From an uncultured Eubacteriales bacterium (GTDB lineage Bacteria; Bacillota; Clostridia; Lachnospirales; Lachnospiraceae), in assembly GCA_900319095.1 (NCBI GenBank), contig ONNE01000064.1, positions 1 to 61,760 of the forward strand: DNA of 61,760 nt. Direction: 5' to 3'. The position numbers were made by a program, and so were the translations under genes. Below the pieces are notes generated by a model. It was given only the letters and a program-made list of their open reading frames with translations. It did no database searches and was not told where the DNA came from. Shown piece after piece: positions 28,089-36,565 of the stretch. Numbering within the stretch: the first letter of the stretch is position 1; the number at the start of each line of letters is the position of its first letter.

Positions 28089-28571
28089 CTACGCGAGAGA
28101 TCCTCTGTTATTTATGTTATCACCCATCGCGGTCGTCTCATTCAGGCTTCCCCGTCCATAAGTAAGACCGGCATAGATCTGCTCGGTATTTTCCATGATC
28201 GGGCGGGAGGTATCCTGTTTTGCCAATTCTTTAAACGATGGCAACAGTCCCTCTAAAACACCGGTGGAATGATCAAACAGAGAGGAATCTCTCAGCGCCA
28301 TTCCCTGACATAATTCCCTGCGCGCATAGATGTACAGCTGACGCAGATAGTGGGAAATCTCATATTTCATATCCAGACTGCGCATCAATTCCTCAAGAAA
28401 ATCCTCTGCCCTTGTGATCTCCCGACGCGCAGTCTCAAGATCTCCCTGGTCCAGAGCTTCTTTTCCCTCCTGGATGCTTGTAAGCGCTGCCTCATACACG
28501 ATAACGACTAACTCAGTATTGTTTGCCTGAGCAACACGGGTTGCATAACCCTGACGCAATTCTTTGTCCAT
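28089..28571 (-). CDS. fliS: FliS-like flagellin chaperone (atypical, extended C-terminus)
   Basis: ELVVIVYEAA, LEELMRSLDMKYEISHYLRQLYIY motifs. Directly downstream of the flagellin gene. Confidence 0.82.
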   Translation of the reverse strand: MDKELRQGYATRVAQANNTELVVIVYEAALTSIQEGKEALDQGDLETARREITRAEDFLEELMRSLDMKYEISHYLRQLYIYARRELCQGMALRDSSLFDHSTGVLEGLLPSFKELAKQDTSRPIMENTEQIYAGLTYGRGSLNETTAMGDNINNRGSLA

Positions 28572-28593
28572 ATCGTTTTACCCCTATTCATGA

Positions 28594-30018
28594 TTAACCC
28601 TGTAATAACTGTAAAATCGTCTGTGGCTGGTTGTTTGCATGTGCAAGCATGGAGGTACCCGCCTGAACCAAAACGCTATACTGCGTGTAGCGTGTCATTT
28701 CTTCTGACATATCTACATCCTCAATGCGCGAGCATGCCTCTGTCAGGTTCTCGGATGATACATCCAAACTGGAAACAGAAGAATCCAAACGATTCTGATA
28801 AGCACCCAATTTGGCGCGAACTGCGGAAATCTGCTCAATGGCATCGTCAAATGAAGTGATGGCGCTCGATGCTCCCTCATGGGTACAGATGTTGCAATTC
28901 TCTATGTGAAGTGCTTTCGCAGATACGGACGGAACGGAAATATTAACCGTCTGTCCCTCGTTCGCACCAATCTGCACTTTGATGTAACCGGCATCCAGCA
29001 TCGTTACGGAAGCATCGGAAGGTGCCTCGGCACTGCTCACATCAAAAATCATTTTAAATCCACCGCGGTCGGTCACTTCTACCCGGTCTCCATCACAGAA
29101 TACAGTAGCTGTCTTTGCAAATCCTGAATCATCCGTGTCAAGTGTCACTTCTGCATCCTGACCCGGTGTGGATGTTGCTCCGTCAATTCCCAGTTTTGTT
29201 GCCAGCTCGCCATTATCTGTCGTAACAGTAATCGACTGGCTTGATCCGTAAAGTACGCTTGTGAACTTGAGACTTGTGGCTGAATCCAGTTCTGCCTCCT
29301 CACCGGATCCGTCTACCGGTGCTACATCTATGTTCATCATCTCACAATAGTCACGGATTCTCGCATAGACATCCTCATAGGTCTCACCCTCTTTTACTTC
29401 AATGACCTCGCCATTGATCTGAATCTTCCCGGCTGCCTCTTCCGATACGGTTTCGGATGAGGAAATATTGAGAGCACCGGTCTCCAGCGTCGCCTGAGTG
29501 GCCGCCTGATCTACCGAAAAGGTGTATGTTGCGAGTCCCACATCATCACTGGCAGAGATCAGTTTTACTCCCACATTACTGGAGGTGGACTGGCGACAGC
29601 AGGAACCGTCCAATACACTCATGGTATTGTACTCGGTCTGCTTTGATAAGCGGTCAATCTCATCTCTGAGTGAATCGATCTCCTCCTGAATGGCCTGTTT
29701 GTCCTGAAGTGTATTGACATCATTGGCTGCCTGTACAGACAATTCACGACATCTCTGAAGAATATTCTCAATCTCCGTGAGCGCCCCCTCTGCGGTCTGA
29801 ATAAAGGAAATTCCATCCGAGCCGTTTCGGGATGCTCTCATCAGTCCGCGGATCTGTGAGTGCATCTTCTGAGAGATTGCCATTCCCGCTGCATCATCTG
29901 CCGCTTTGTTGATCCGATATCCTGACGACATCTTGGTGGTGCTGTCTGTCAATCTCTTCTGCACAGTATTTAACTTCAGATTTGCCCTCATCGCTGTAAT
30001 ATTGGCATTAATTTTCAT
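28594..30018 (-). CDS. Flagellin (474 aa)
   Basis: SSGYRINKAADDAAG, QTAEGAL, LQRCRELSVQAAN, QIGANEGQ, RAKLGAYQNRL and SRIEDVDM motifs. Confidence 0.97.
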   Translation of the reverse strand: MKINANITAMRANLKLNTVQKRLTDSTTKMSSGYRINKAADDAAGMAISQKMHSQIRGLMRASRNGSDGISFIQTAEGALTEIENILQRCRELSVQAANDVNTLQDKQAIQEEIDSLRDEIDRLSKQTEYNTMSVLDGSCCRQSTSSNVGVKLISASDDVGLATYTFSVDQAATQATLETGALNISSSETVSEEAAGKIQINGEVIEVKEGETYEDVYARIRDYCEMMNIDVAPVDGSGEEAELDSATSLKFTSVLYGSSQSITVTTDNGELATKLGIDGATSTPGQDAEVTLDTDDSGFAKTATVFCDGDRVEVTDRGGFKMIFDVSSAEAPSDASVTMLDAGYIKVQIGANEGQTVNISVPSVSAKALHIENCNICTHEGASSAITSFDDAIEQISAVRAKLGAYQNRLDSSVSSLDVSSENLTEACSRIEDVDMSEEMTRYTQYSVLVQAGTSMLAHANNQPQTILQLLQG

Positions 30019-32954
30019 TCTTCATCATCCTTTCCGACATTTACAATAAAACATTTTGCTATCAGGTAAAGATCCTGATTTTTGGTTCCCTTTGGTGTCT
30101 CATTTATTTCATGAAGAAAACTTCGGTTTCCCTGAACCAGATGATCACTCTCCATAGTAAATCCGTTTTCTTCCAAATCCTTTTCAAATCCATTCAGGAT
30201 TCTCTGACATTCACCCATCGAATCCGTTCTCTGTGCTGTCACAAATCCTCTGACATTCTTGTCACTTACTTTAAAAGTTGCCCGGATTTTACCCAGTCTT
30301 TCAGAATCGACGGATATCTCTACCGTCCCTTTGTTCTGCCCGCCACCCCGGATCGTGACGTTACAACTGGTAATTCCCTGCTCCGTTAGAATTGGTACTT
30401 CATATGTCTGATGACTCCGCAGCGTCTTGTAAAATGAGATGCCTCCTGCCATGCGCGCCAGAGAGACAACGTCACCATATGATATATCGTCATCTTCTCT
30501 CTGATTCTCAATCTCCGTTTTGTGAGTCTCATCAATTTTTTCGTAAAATTCTTCCAATTGATCCAGATCGTCCAAAATTTCTTGGAGCTTTTCGCTCTCT
30601 TCTCTCTTCCACAAAGAGAGATATTCCTGCAATCTGCCACTGGCAAAACTCTGTACCATCATCCGGTTTGCTACTGTGTCCGGCAGATCCATGGCGGATA
30701 AGAAAGATACGAACTCACGATCCAAATCATCTGTCGCAGTGGCCATCGTCTCGGAGATCTCCTGTGCCAGTTCAGAAAAATAATCTTCCATGCCATCCTG
30801 CTCTTCTGCCGCATTTCTCATCCGGTCAAGCAGGCTCTCCATCGAAAAGTCCCAGACATCCTCACCCAGCTCTCTCAATACTGAGGGAAGCAGTTCTCTC
30901 TGCAACTGATTTGCAACCGAACTCTGATAGGCCGTCTGAATCTGTGCGTCAATGGATTCTCCCTTTGTCACGATCTTTTCCAGACCACCAAAGGAGTCAT
31001 CAATTTCGACATCTAATCCCTCTGCTCTTCTTGTTCTCGTGGCAGACAACAGAGAGGATAATGACAACTCTCTTCCCTCTTTGATAACCTGTCCAATCAC
31101 GGCACCATCGCTCTTTTCAATCTTATCCAAAAGCCGATAGACACCGATCATACTGCTTCGCTCCTGTTCACTGAGATTGTTCTGCCGATCCATCTTCCAC
31201 AGGAATTTGCGCAGCGACACATCTTGTGTCGGCAGCTCACTCTGAATCGTATGTACCGCTTCACTCAACTCATCCAAGGTCATAGAGAGCGGATTGATAT
31301 CCCGGTGAATCAACTCGGCAACTACCGGTGGGCGCATATTCTTCATCAAAGTCGTAACCTTATCATCGTACGCTTTCATATTCTCGATGTTTTCAGCAGA
31401 GACTTCCATCTGATTGTATCCCAGTATCCGCACGGCTCTCTGATTCATGGCTGTCTTTTCAAGTCCCAGCTCATCTAGTATCTCATCGATATTTCCAAAT
31501 GCTTTTTTGATGGAATCCCCCAGATCTGTACGCACCTCTGTGCCCACCGCTTCGTAAGTCCTTTCCATCTTGTCGTACTGTGCTTTTAATACGGATGCCG
31601 AATCCGACAGTTCCGTAAGTGTCTGTGTCGATGCTGACTCAATCGTGTTCGCCAATAACTCTACCGGTGCCGACAATACATTGTGAGCGGCCGATGTTGT
31701 ATCAGAGAAAACGGTTATATTCTGTTCGGTGACCGGTACTCCGGCCTCCTCCAGCCACATCTGTTTTGCCTGCTGCTCCTGTTCTCTCAATTCCATAACA
31801 ATCTGTTCCAGATTCGAGAGATTCAGATCAATTCCCCTGGCTGCCATCGACCGCGCGGCCGATGCCGTCATCATCAGACGAATTTCTTCCATCTGACGCT
31901 TGGCAGTGATAAAATCAACTTCCGATGGATAGATACTGCGAATCTTCTGATCATCTGCTGCCAGAAGTTCATCTACCGTATCCTGCGCCTCTCTCATTGA
32001 CATCGTTGTCAAATCTGCTTTTTTCGGCTCGATTCCCTCTGCAATGTGATCGACTATCCGCTCCACCAGTGTATCCATCCCGGCATCCCGGATCTGTTCT
32101 AACTGCTCATAAGTACGGATATTGTCCGCTGTCACGGGAAGTTCGTTGTCATACAGCCACCGGGCGGTCTGCATGACCGGATCTGTCACTTCCATGCCAT
32201 CTGCGTGAAGAATCTTTTCTACCTGTTTTTCCACCGAGGCAAAAGAACTCTCTCCTTCCGGTAAAAAGCCCGGCTGTGACACAGCCCCGCCATAAACACC
32301 GGCGCGGATATTCTCCGGTGTGATTTTCAGTTGATTTCCAATAAAATACTTCATCGTATCTTGAGAAATCTGATCGCGCATCTGTGCGAGTTCAACCGAA
32401 TGCGTCAGATGTTCAACCATATCCGATGTCACCGGCAGGTCGCTCTGCTCAAGCTGACGCTTCAAGGCATCGGAAAGTTCCACACCAATCGCATTTTGTA
32501 TCACATTCTGCTCCAGTGCTTCCCTCTCCTGCCGCTCTCTCGCCACTTGATCTTCGACTGCCTCTCTTCTCTGGGCACGCTGCTCCTTGACGCGCTTTAC
32601 GGCTCTCTCAAGTTGAGATGAAGTATACTCTTCCAACGGAGTTCCTTCCTCAGACAGCTCTCTGGCATCTTCTCCCGTCATACAACGATGGATGAATTCG
32701 GCCGGAGACATATTTCCTGTGTCAGGAATCTCCATGATCTCTGTATTCAATTGTCTGGCTTCTGCCTCTGTGTATACAGTACCGCTCCCCAAATCCTGCT
32801 GTACGGCACAATCCATTGTGTCAATCCGGTTCAGACCGGAAACTTTGCCATCCTTGGCATTCTGTACCGATGCATCCGGCTTCATGGCCTGAGCATCTTT
32901 CAAGGCAAGGGAAATCTGTGTTTTTGTCTGAATTACCATAGATTTCACTCTCAC
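30015..32954 (-). CDS. Giant acidic helical protein, DUF6240-like, with a FliK-like C-terminal domain
   Basis: Motifs YEAVGTEVRTDLGDSIKKAF and ERSSMIGVYRLL..IEKSDGAVIG. C-terminal VEISVDSERLGKIRATFKVSDKNV resembles the FliK-C domain. Sigma-28 promoter upstream; ATGA overlap with flagellin. Confidence 0.7.
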   Translation of the reverse strand: MRVKSMVIQTKTQISLALKDAQAMKPDASVQNAKDGKVSGLNRIDTMDCAVQQDLGSGTVYTEAEARQLNTEIMEIPDTGNMSPAEFIHRCMTGEDARELSEEGTPLEEYTSSQLERAVKRVKEQRAQRREAVEDQVARERQEREALEQNVIQNAIGVELSDALKRQLEQSDLPVTSDMVEHLTHSVELAQMRDQISQDTMKYFIGNQLKITPENIRAGVYGGAVSQPGFLPEGESSFASVEKQVEKILHADGMEVTDPVMQTARWLYDNELPVTADNIRTYEQLEQIRDAGMDTLVERIVDHIAEGIEPKKADLTTMSMREAQDTVDELLAADDQKIRSIYPSEVDFITAKRQMEEIRLMMTASAARSMAARGIDLNLSNLEQIVMELREQEQQAKQMWLEEAGVPVTEQNITVFSDTTSAAHNVLSAPVELLANTIESASTQTLTELSDSASVLKAQYDKMERTYEAVGTEVRTDLGDSIKKAFGNIDEILDELGLEKTAMNQRAVRILGYNQMEVSAENIENMKAYDDKVTTLMKNMRPPVVAELIHRDINPLSMTLDELSEAVHTIQSELPTQDVSLRKFLWKMDRQNNLSEQERSSMIGVYRLLDKIEKSDGAVIGQVIKEGRELSLSSLLSATRTRRAEGLDVEIDDSFGGLEKIVTKGESIDAQIQTAYQSSVANQLQRELLPSVLRELGEDVWDFSMESLLDRMRNAAEEQDGMEDYFSELAQEISETMATATDDLDREFVSFLSAMDLPDTVANRMMVQSFASGRLQEYLSLWKREESEKLQEILDDLDQLEEFYEKIDETHKTEIENQREDDDISYGDVVSLARMAGGISFYKTLRSHQTYEVPILTEQGITSCNVTIRGGGQNKGTVEISVDSERLGKIRATFKVSDKNVRGFVTAQRTDSMGECQRILNGFEKDLEENGFTMESDHLVQGNRSFLHEINETPKGTKNQDLYLIAKCFIVNVGKDDEE

Positions 32955-32973
32955 TTTCCATTCTGTATATTCT

Positions 32974-33001
32974 ATTTCGACTGAAAAGTGAAAAACCTTT
33001 A
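32974..33001 (-). promoter_or_regulatory. sigma-D/sigma-28 flagellar promoter
   Basis: TAAA-N16-GTCGAAAT (consensus TAAA-N16-GCCGATAT). Confidence 0.72.
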
Positions 33002-33006
33002 GATAA

Positions 33007-34092
33007 TCATCCCATATTGCTATATTGGTCTAATAGAGAGTGATCCAATTTGATGCGGTTATCCATCGTCTTCATGACATCGGAGATCCATACCTCCGAC
33101 TTGACAGATGACAGGGACAAGTCACAAAAACTGTTATCACTGAATTTAAGAACAAGCGGCTCAAAAATGTTTTCTTCATTTCCTCGAATCACAAGTCCCT
33201 TCTGTCCATCTGACAGCTCTACGCAGACACCCGGATATAAGATATTGATCGCCTTAATCAGGGAATTTACAATATAAGGGTCATAGCGCTCCGGATTGTC
33301 AAGCATCTCCCGGATTGCCTTTATCTCAGAAGTCGGCTCCTCATAGGACTTCATTGCTGTCATGCGGTCATAACTGTCGGCAATATACAAAATATTGGCA
33401 TTCGGATTTTTCTTAAGTCCCTCCGAAATCTCTCCGTCCTCATTGATATAGAGCTCATGCATCTGATCGATGAGTCGCAACAGCTCCGGATCAACCGAGG
33501 CATCATGTTCCAAAATCTCATGTGTCTTCTTTTTTATCGACTCTCTCTGCTCTTTTGTCAGCTCCTGAATCTCAAGCAGCTGATCAAATCCAAGCGCTCC
33601 GATATCATGTAAAACGGCTGCCTTAACCAATGTATTGATACGCGCTCCGGACAAATTCATCTGACCGGCAATGATCGCAGCCAGAATGGCTACGTTGAGC
33701 GCATGTTTATAGACAAAGTCTTCCGAACTTCTCAGACTCTGCACAAAGTTAATCTTTCTTCCCAGGCTTCCATAATTTTTAATCACAAGACTGCAAAGCC
33801 AGTCCAGTCCCTTATCTTTTTTTCCGGAAGCGATCAGATTCAGATCTTCCCGGATGCTGAATACCGACATCGTCTGGAACCGCTCAAAGTTGATATCATC
33901 CTCGGTCATCGGTGGCAGTGGTTCTGCCGGCTCCAAAATATAGAGTCCCATCAGATTAAAGTTTCGAATTCCGTAGATTGCCTGTATCGTCAATTTTGTG
34001 TCCCGGTCATACAACATGACCCCATTCTTATTATAGATGGGCTTTCCCAGACGCATTCCCGGTTTGAGATCATCTACTTTTACAAAAATCAC
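33007..34092 (-). CDS. HD-GYP-like protein with a degenerate GYP loop
   Basis: LKPGMRLGKPIY N-terminus, HALNVAIL, LHDIG, IADSYDRMT and YPGVCVELSDG motifs. The HHExxDGxGYP motif is absent. Confidence 0.82.
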   Translation of the reverse strand: MIFVKVDDLKPGMRLGKPIYNKNGVMLYDRDTKLTIQAIYGIRNFNLMGLYILEPAEPLPPMTEDDINFERFQTMSVFSIREDLNLIASGKKDKGLDWLCSLVIKNYGSLGRKINFVQSLRSSEDFVYKHALNVAILAAIIAGQMNLSGARINTLVKAAVLHDIGALGFDQLLEIQELTKEQRESIKKKTHEILEHDASVDPELLRLIDQMHELYINEDGEISEGLKKNPNANILYIADSYDRMTAMKSYEEPTSEIKAIREMLDNPERYDPYIVNSLIKAINILYPGVCVELSDGQKGLVIRGNEENIFEPLVLKFSDNSFCDLSLSSVKSEVWISDVMKTMDNRIKLDHSLLDQYSNMG

Positions 34093-34244
34093 AGTTCTTT
34101 CCCCCTTGTCTTATTTCCGTCACATTTTTTTTATACCCTTGCCTTATACGAATATTTCGATTAAAATAACTACAATCCCTTAATATTATAATACCAATAA
34201 AAAACTTAAGACGCAATAGAAAAATATCAACGGAGGTCGTAATT

Positions 34245-36455
34245 ATGATAAAACAATTTTCTATCTGGCTTATGACAGCCTGTCTTGTCAGCTCTCTTAT
34301 GGCTCCTGCCTCATATGTGAGTGCCGGCACGATAAAATCCGATTTTACATTGAATACACAGAATTCCGGTTCAATAAGCGGAAACTACGAGGACGGTCAG
34401 GTTCTCGTCACAATTGCTGCCCCAAAAGACACACCTCTTACCAGAGAGGGGGATGTATCCTTCGACTCTCATCTGACTGTAGATGAGTCCTGGAACTTCG
34501 GTGATGCCGATGTGTTGGCAGACACCCCGGTTGAAGAGGAATTTATGGAGGACAAAACTCTGTATGTCGTGAAAGTCTCTTCCGAAGATTACTCCACAGA
34601 AAAGATGCTCACAAAATTGGAGGATCAGGCTTATGTCATATCAGCAGAGCCGGACTATTATATGGAAAAGATGTCCGTCAGCAATGATCCATATGCGGAC
34701 TACCAGTGGTACCTGGGCAGTTCCGATAAATTCTCCTCTTCCACGGCAGAGGGAATCCACTATGCCGATTATGCCCAGACAGAAAATCACGCACCCATTG
34801 CCGCAGTTGTTGACACCGGTGTGGACTACACACATCCGGATTTGGCGGGACATATGTGGAAAAATCCCTATTCAGGCCTGTCCGGAACCTATGGCTATGA
34901 CTATGGGAGTAACGACAGCGATCCGATGGATGAAGACGAGGACGGACACGGCACACACTGTGCGGGTGTCATCGGAGCAGCCAACAATAACAATACCGGT
35001 ATCACAGGAGTTGCCACAAATGTTCAGATCATGGCGCTGAAAGTTTTCGACTCCAACGGAAGATGTACCACCTCCAATGTAGCAGGCGCTTTTAATTACA
35101 TTTATACAGCACAGTCTCTCGGTGCCAATATCGCCACGATTAACTGTTCGTGGGGCGGAAGCTCTACGACTACTTCCATGCGCACTCTGATTGAGAAGAT
35201 TGGGGAAAAGGGTGCTCTGTTCGTCTTTGCCTCCGGAAATGATGATGTCAATCACGATCAGTCACAGACCAACATCTGTCCTTATGATCTGAATTCATCC
35301 TATGCCGTTGTCGTCGGTGCCTCAACACCGGATGACACCAAAGCTTCCTACTCAGACTATGGTGCCGGCTCTGTGGATCTATTTGCACCGGGGCATCAGA
35401 TTTTATCTACGATCAATAAAGACACCTTTTATCCTGGTATTTACACGGATGAACAAAGAGCTTCTCTCACCAGCTTTTATACGGATTTTTCTGATCAGAA
35501 TACGCTATTTGTCACAGCCGATCAGATTGAAAAAGACGATTCTCTTTCGGTCCACTATAAGGGCATTGAACACTCAAATGCTGACTTCTTTAACCGGAGC
35601 AGCGGTTCCGATGAGATTTCATTTTCCTCAGCATATACCAACTCAAATCTGTTGATTTATGTCGATGTAACCTCTCTGAATCTTGATAAGACCGCAGAAT
35701 ACTATGTGGGATTGGATATCGGTATGGTGAGCAGCGGAGAGTTAAGATGGGCACACAGTACGTTTCTTCGCTCGAATTCCATCGGGTCTTTCACCGTCTA
35801 CAATGACCACACCTATCTAATGGTGATGGGATTGGAGGGAAATCTTAGCAAGATTTCTTCTGTCTTTATTGACAATGTCGGAATCTCCAAAGCAAATCCT
35901 GACACCTCACAATTTGGCAGATACAACATTTATGATGGCACTTCAATGGCGGCACCATCTGTCACCGGTGCGGTTGCCGTTCTCGCCAATACGTACCCTT
36001 CCGATTCAGCCATTCAGCGCCGCGAACGACTTCTCACCTGTATCCGCCAGACATCCGGTGTGACCGGTTATTGTAAGACTGGTGGTATTCTGGATCTTAG
36101 CAAGATTCCGACCGCGACTTATACAACCGAGACTCAGACTAAAACAACAACGACCTCATCGACCAAGAAAACAACGAAGGTCAAAGTAAAAAAAATAAAA
36201 TTAAACAAAAAGAAAGCGACCCTTCGATATAAGAAAAAACTCAAATTAAAAGCAACCGTCACTCCCAAAAAGGCAACAAACAAAAAAGTAAAGTGGTACG
36301 TCTCCAACAAAAAATATGCAAAAGTCACCCAAAAAGGAGTCGTCACTGCGAAGAAAAAGGGAATTGGCCACACTGTAAAGGTCTATGCCAAAGCAAAAGA
36401 CGGTTCAAAGAAAAAAGCCTATTGTAAGGTCACGATAAAAAAAGCGAAAAAATAA
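34245..36455 (+). CDS. Secreted S8 subtilisin-like serine protease with a Lys-rich C-terminal Ig-like (Big_2) domain
   Basis: Signal peptide; triad VVDTG, GHGTHCAG, GTSMAAP; oxyanion ASGN; C-terminal LKATVTP..ATNKKVKW..SN...V...G.VTA. Confidence 0.92.
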   Translation: MIKQFSIWLMTACLVSSLMAPASYVSAGTIKSDFTLNTQNSGSISGNYEDGQVLVTIAAPKDTPLTREGDVSFDSHLTVDESWNFGDADVLADTPVEEEFMEDKTLYVVKVSSEDYSTEKMLTKLEDQAYVISAEPDYYMEKMSVSNDPYADYQWYLGSSDKFSSSTAEGIHYADYAQTENHAPIAAVVDTGVDYTHPDLAGHMWKNPYSGLSGTYGYDYGSNDSDPMDEDEDGHGTHCAGVIGAANNNNTGITGVATNVQIMALKVFDSNGRCTTSNVAGAFNYIYTAQSLGANIATINCSWGGSSTTTSMRTLIEKIGEKGALFVFASGNDDVNHDQSQTNICPYDLNSSYAVVVGASTPDDTKASYSDYGAGSVDLFAPGHQILSTINKDTFYPGIYTDEQRASLTSFYTDFSDQNTLFVTADQIEKDDSLSVHYKGIEHSNADFFNRSSGSDEISFSSAYTNSNLLIYVDVTSLNLDKTAEYYVGLDIGMVSSGELRWAHSTFLRSNSIGSFTVYNDHTYLMVMGLEGNLSKISSVFIDNVGISKANPDTSQFGRYNIYDGTSMAAPSVTGAVAVLANTYPSDSAIQRRERLLTCIRQTSGVTGYCKTGGILDLSKIPTATYTTETQTKTTTTSSTKKTTKVKVKKIKLNKKKATLRYKKKLKLKATVTPKKATNKKVKWYVSNKKYAKVTQKGVVTAKKKGIGHTVKVYAKAKDGSKKKAYCKVTIKKAKK

Positions 36456-36487
36456 ATCTTGTTTTTCAATCACTCCTTTTTATCTTT

Positions 36488-36516
36488 TGCAACTTTTTTA
36501 ATTTTTCAATCGTTTT
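36488..36516 (+). promoter_or_regulatory. Candidate ECF sigma promoter (SigM/W/V-like)
   Basis: TGCAAC-N17-CGTTTT with a T-run after the -35 element. Same layout as 6244-6272. Confidence 0.6.
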
Positions 36517-36565
36517 ATCTATAGATTGATTCGAGCTTGCAAAACGATTGAAAGGAGTGTTTTTA

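Noticed and set aside
30392-31084. 230-aa plus-strand ORF
   Set aside because: Antisense to the DUF6240-like gene, with atypical Pro/Arg/Ser-rich composition.
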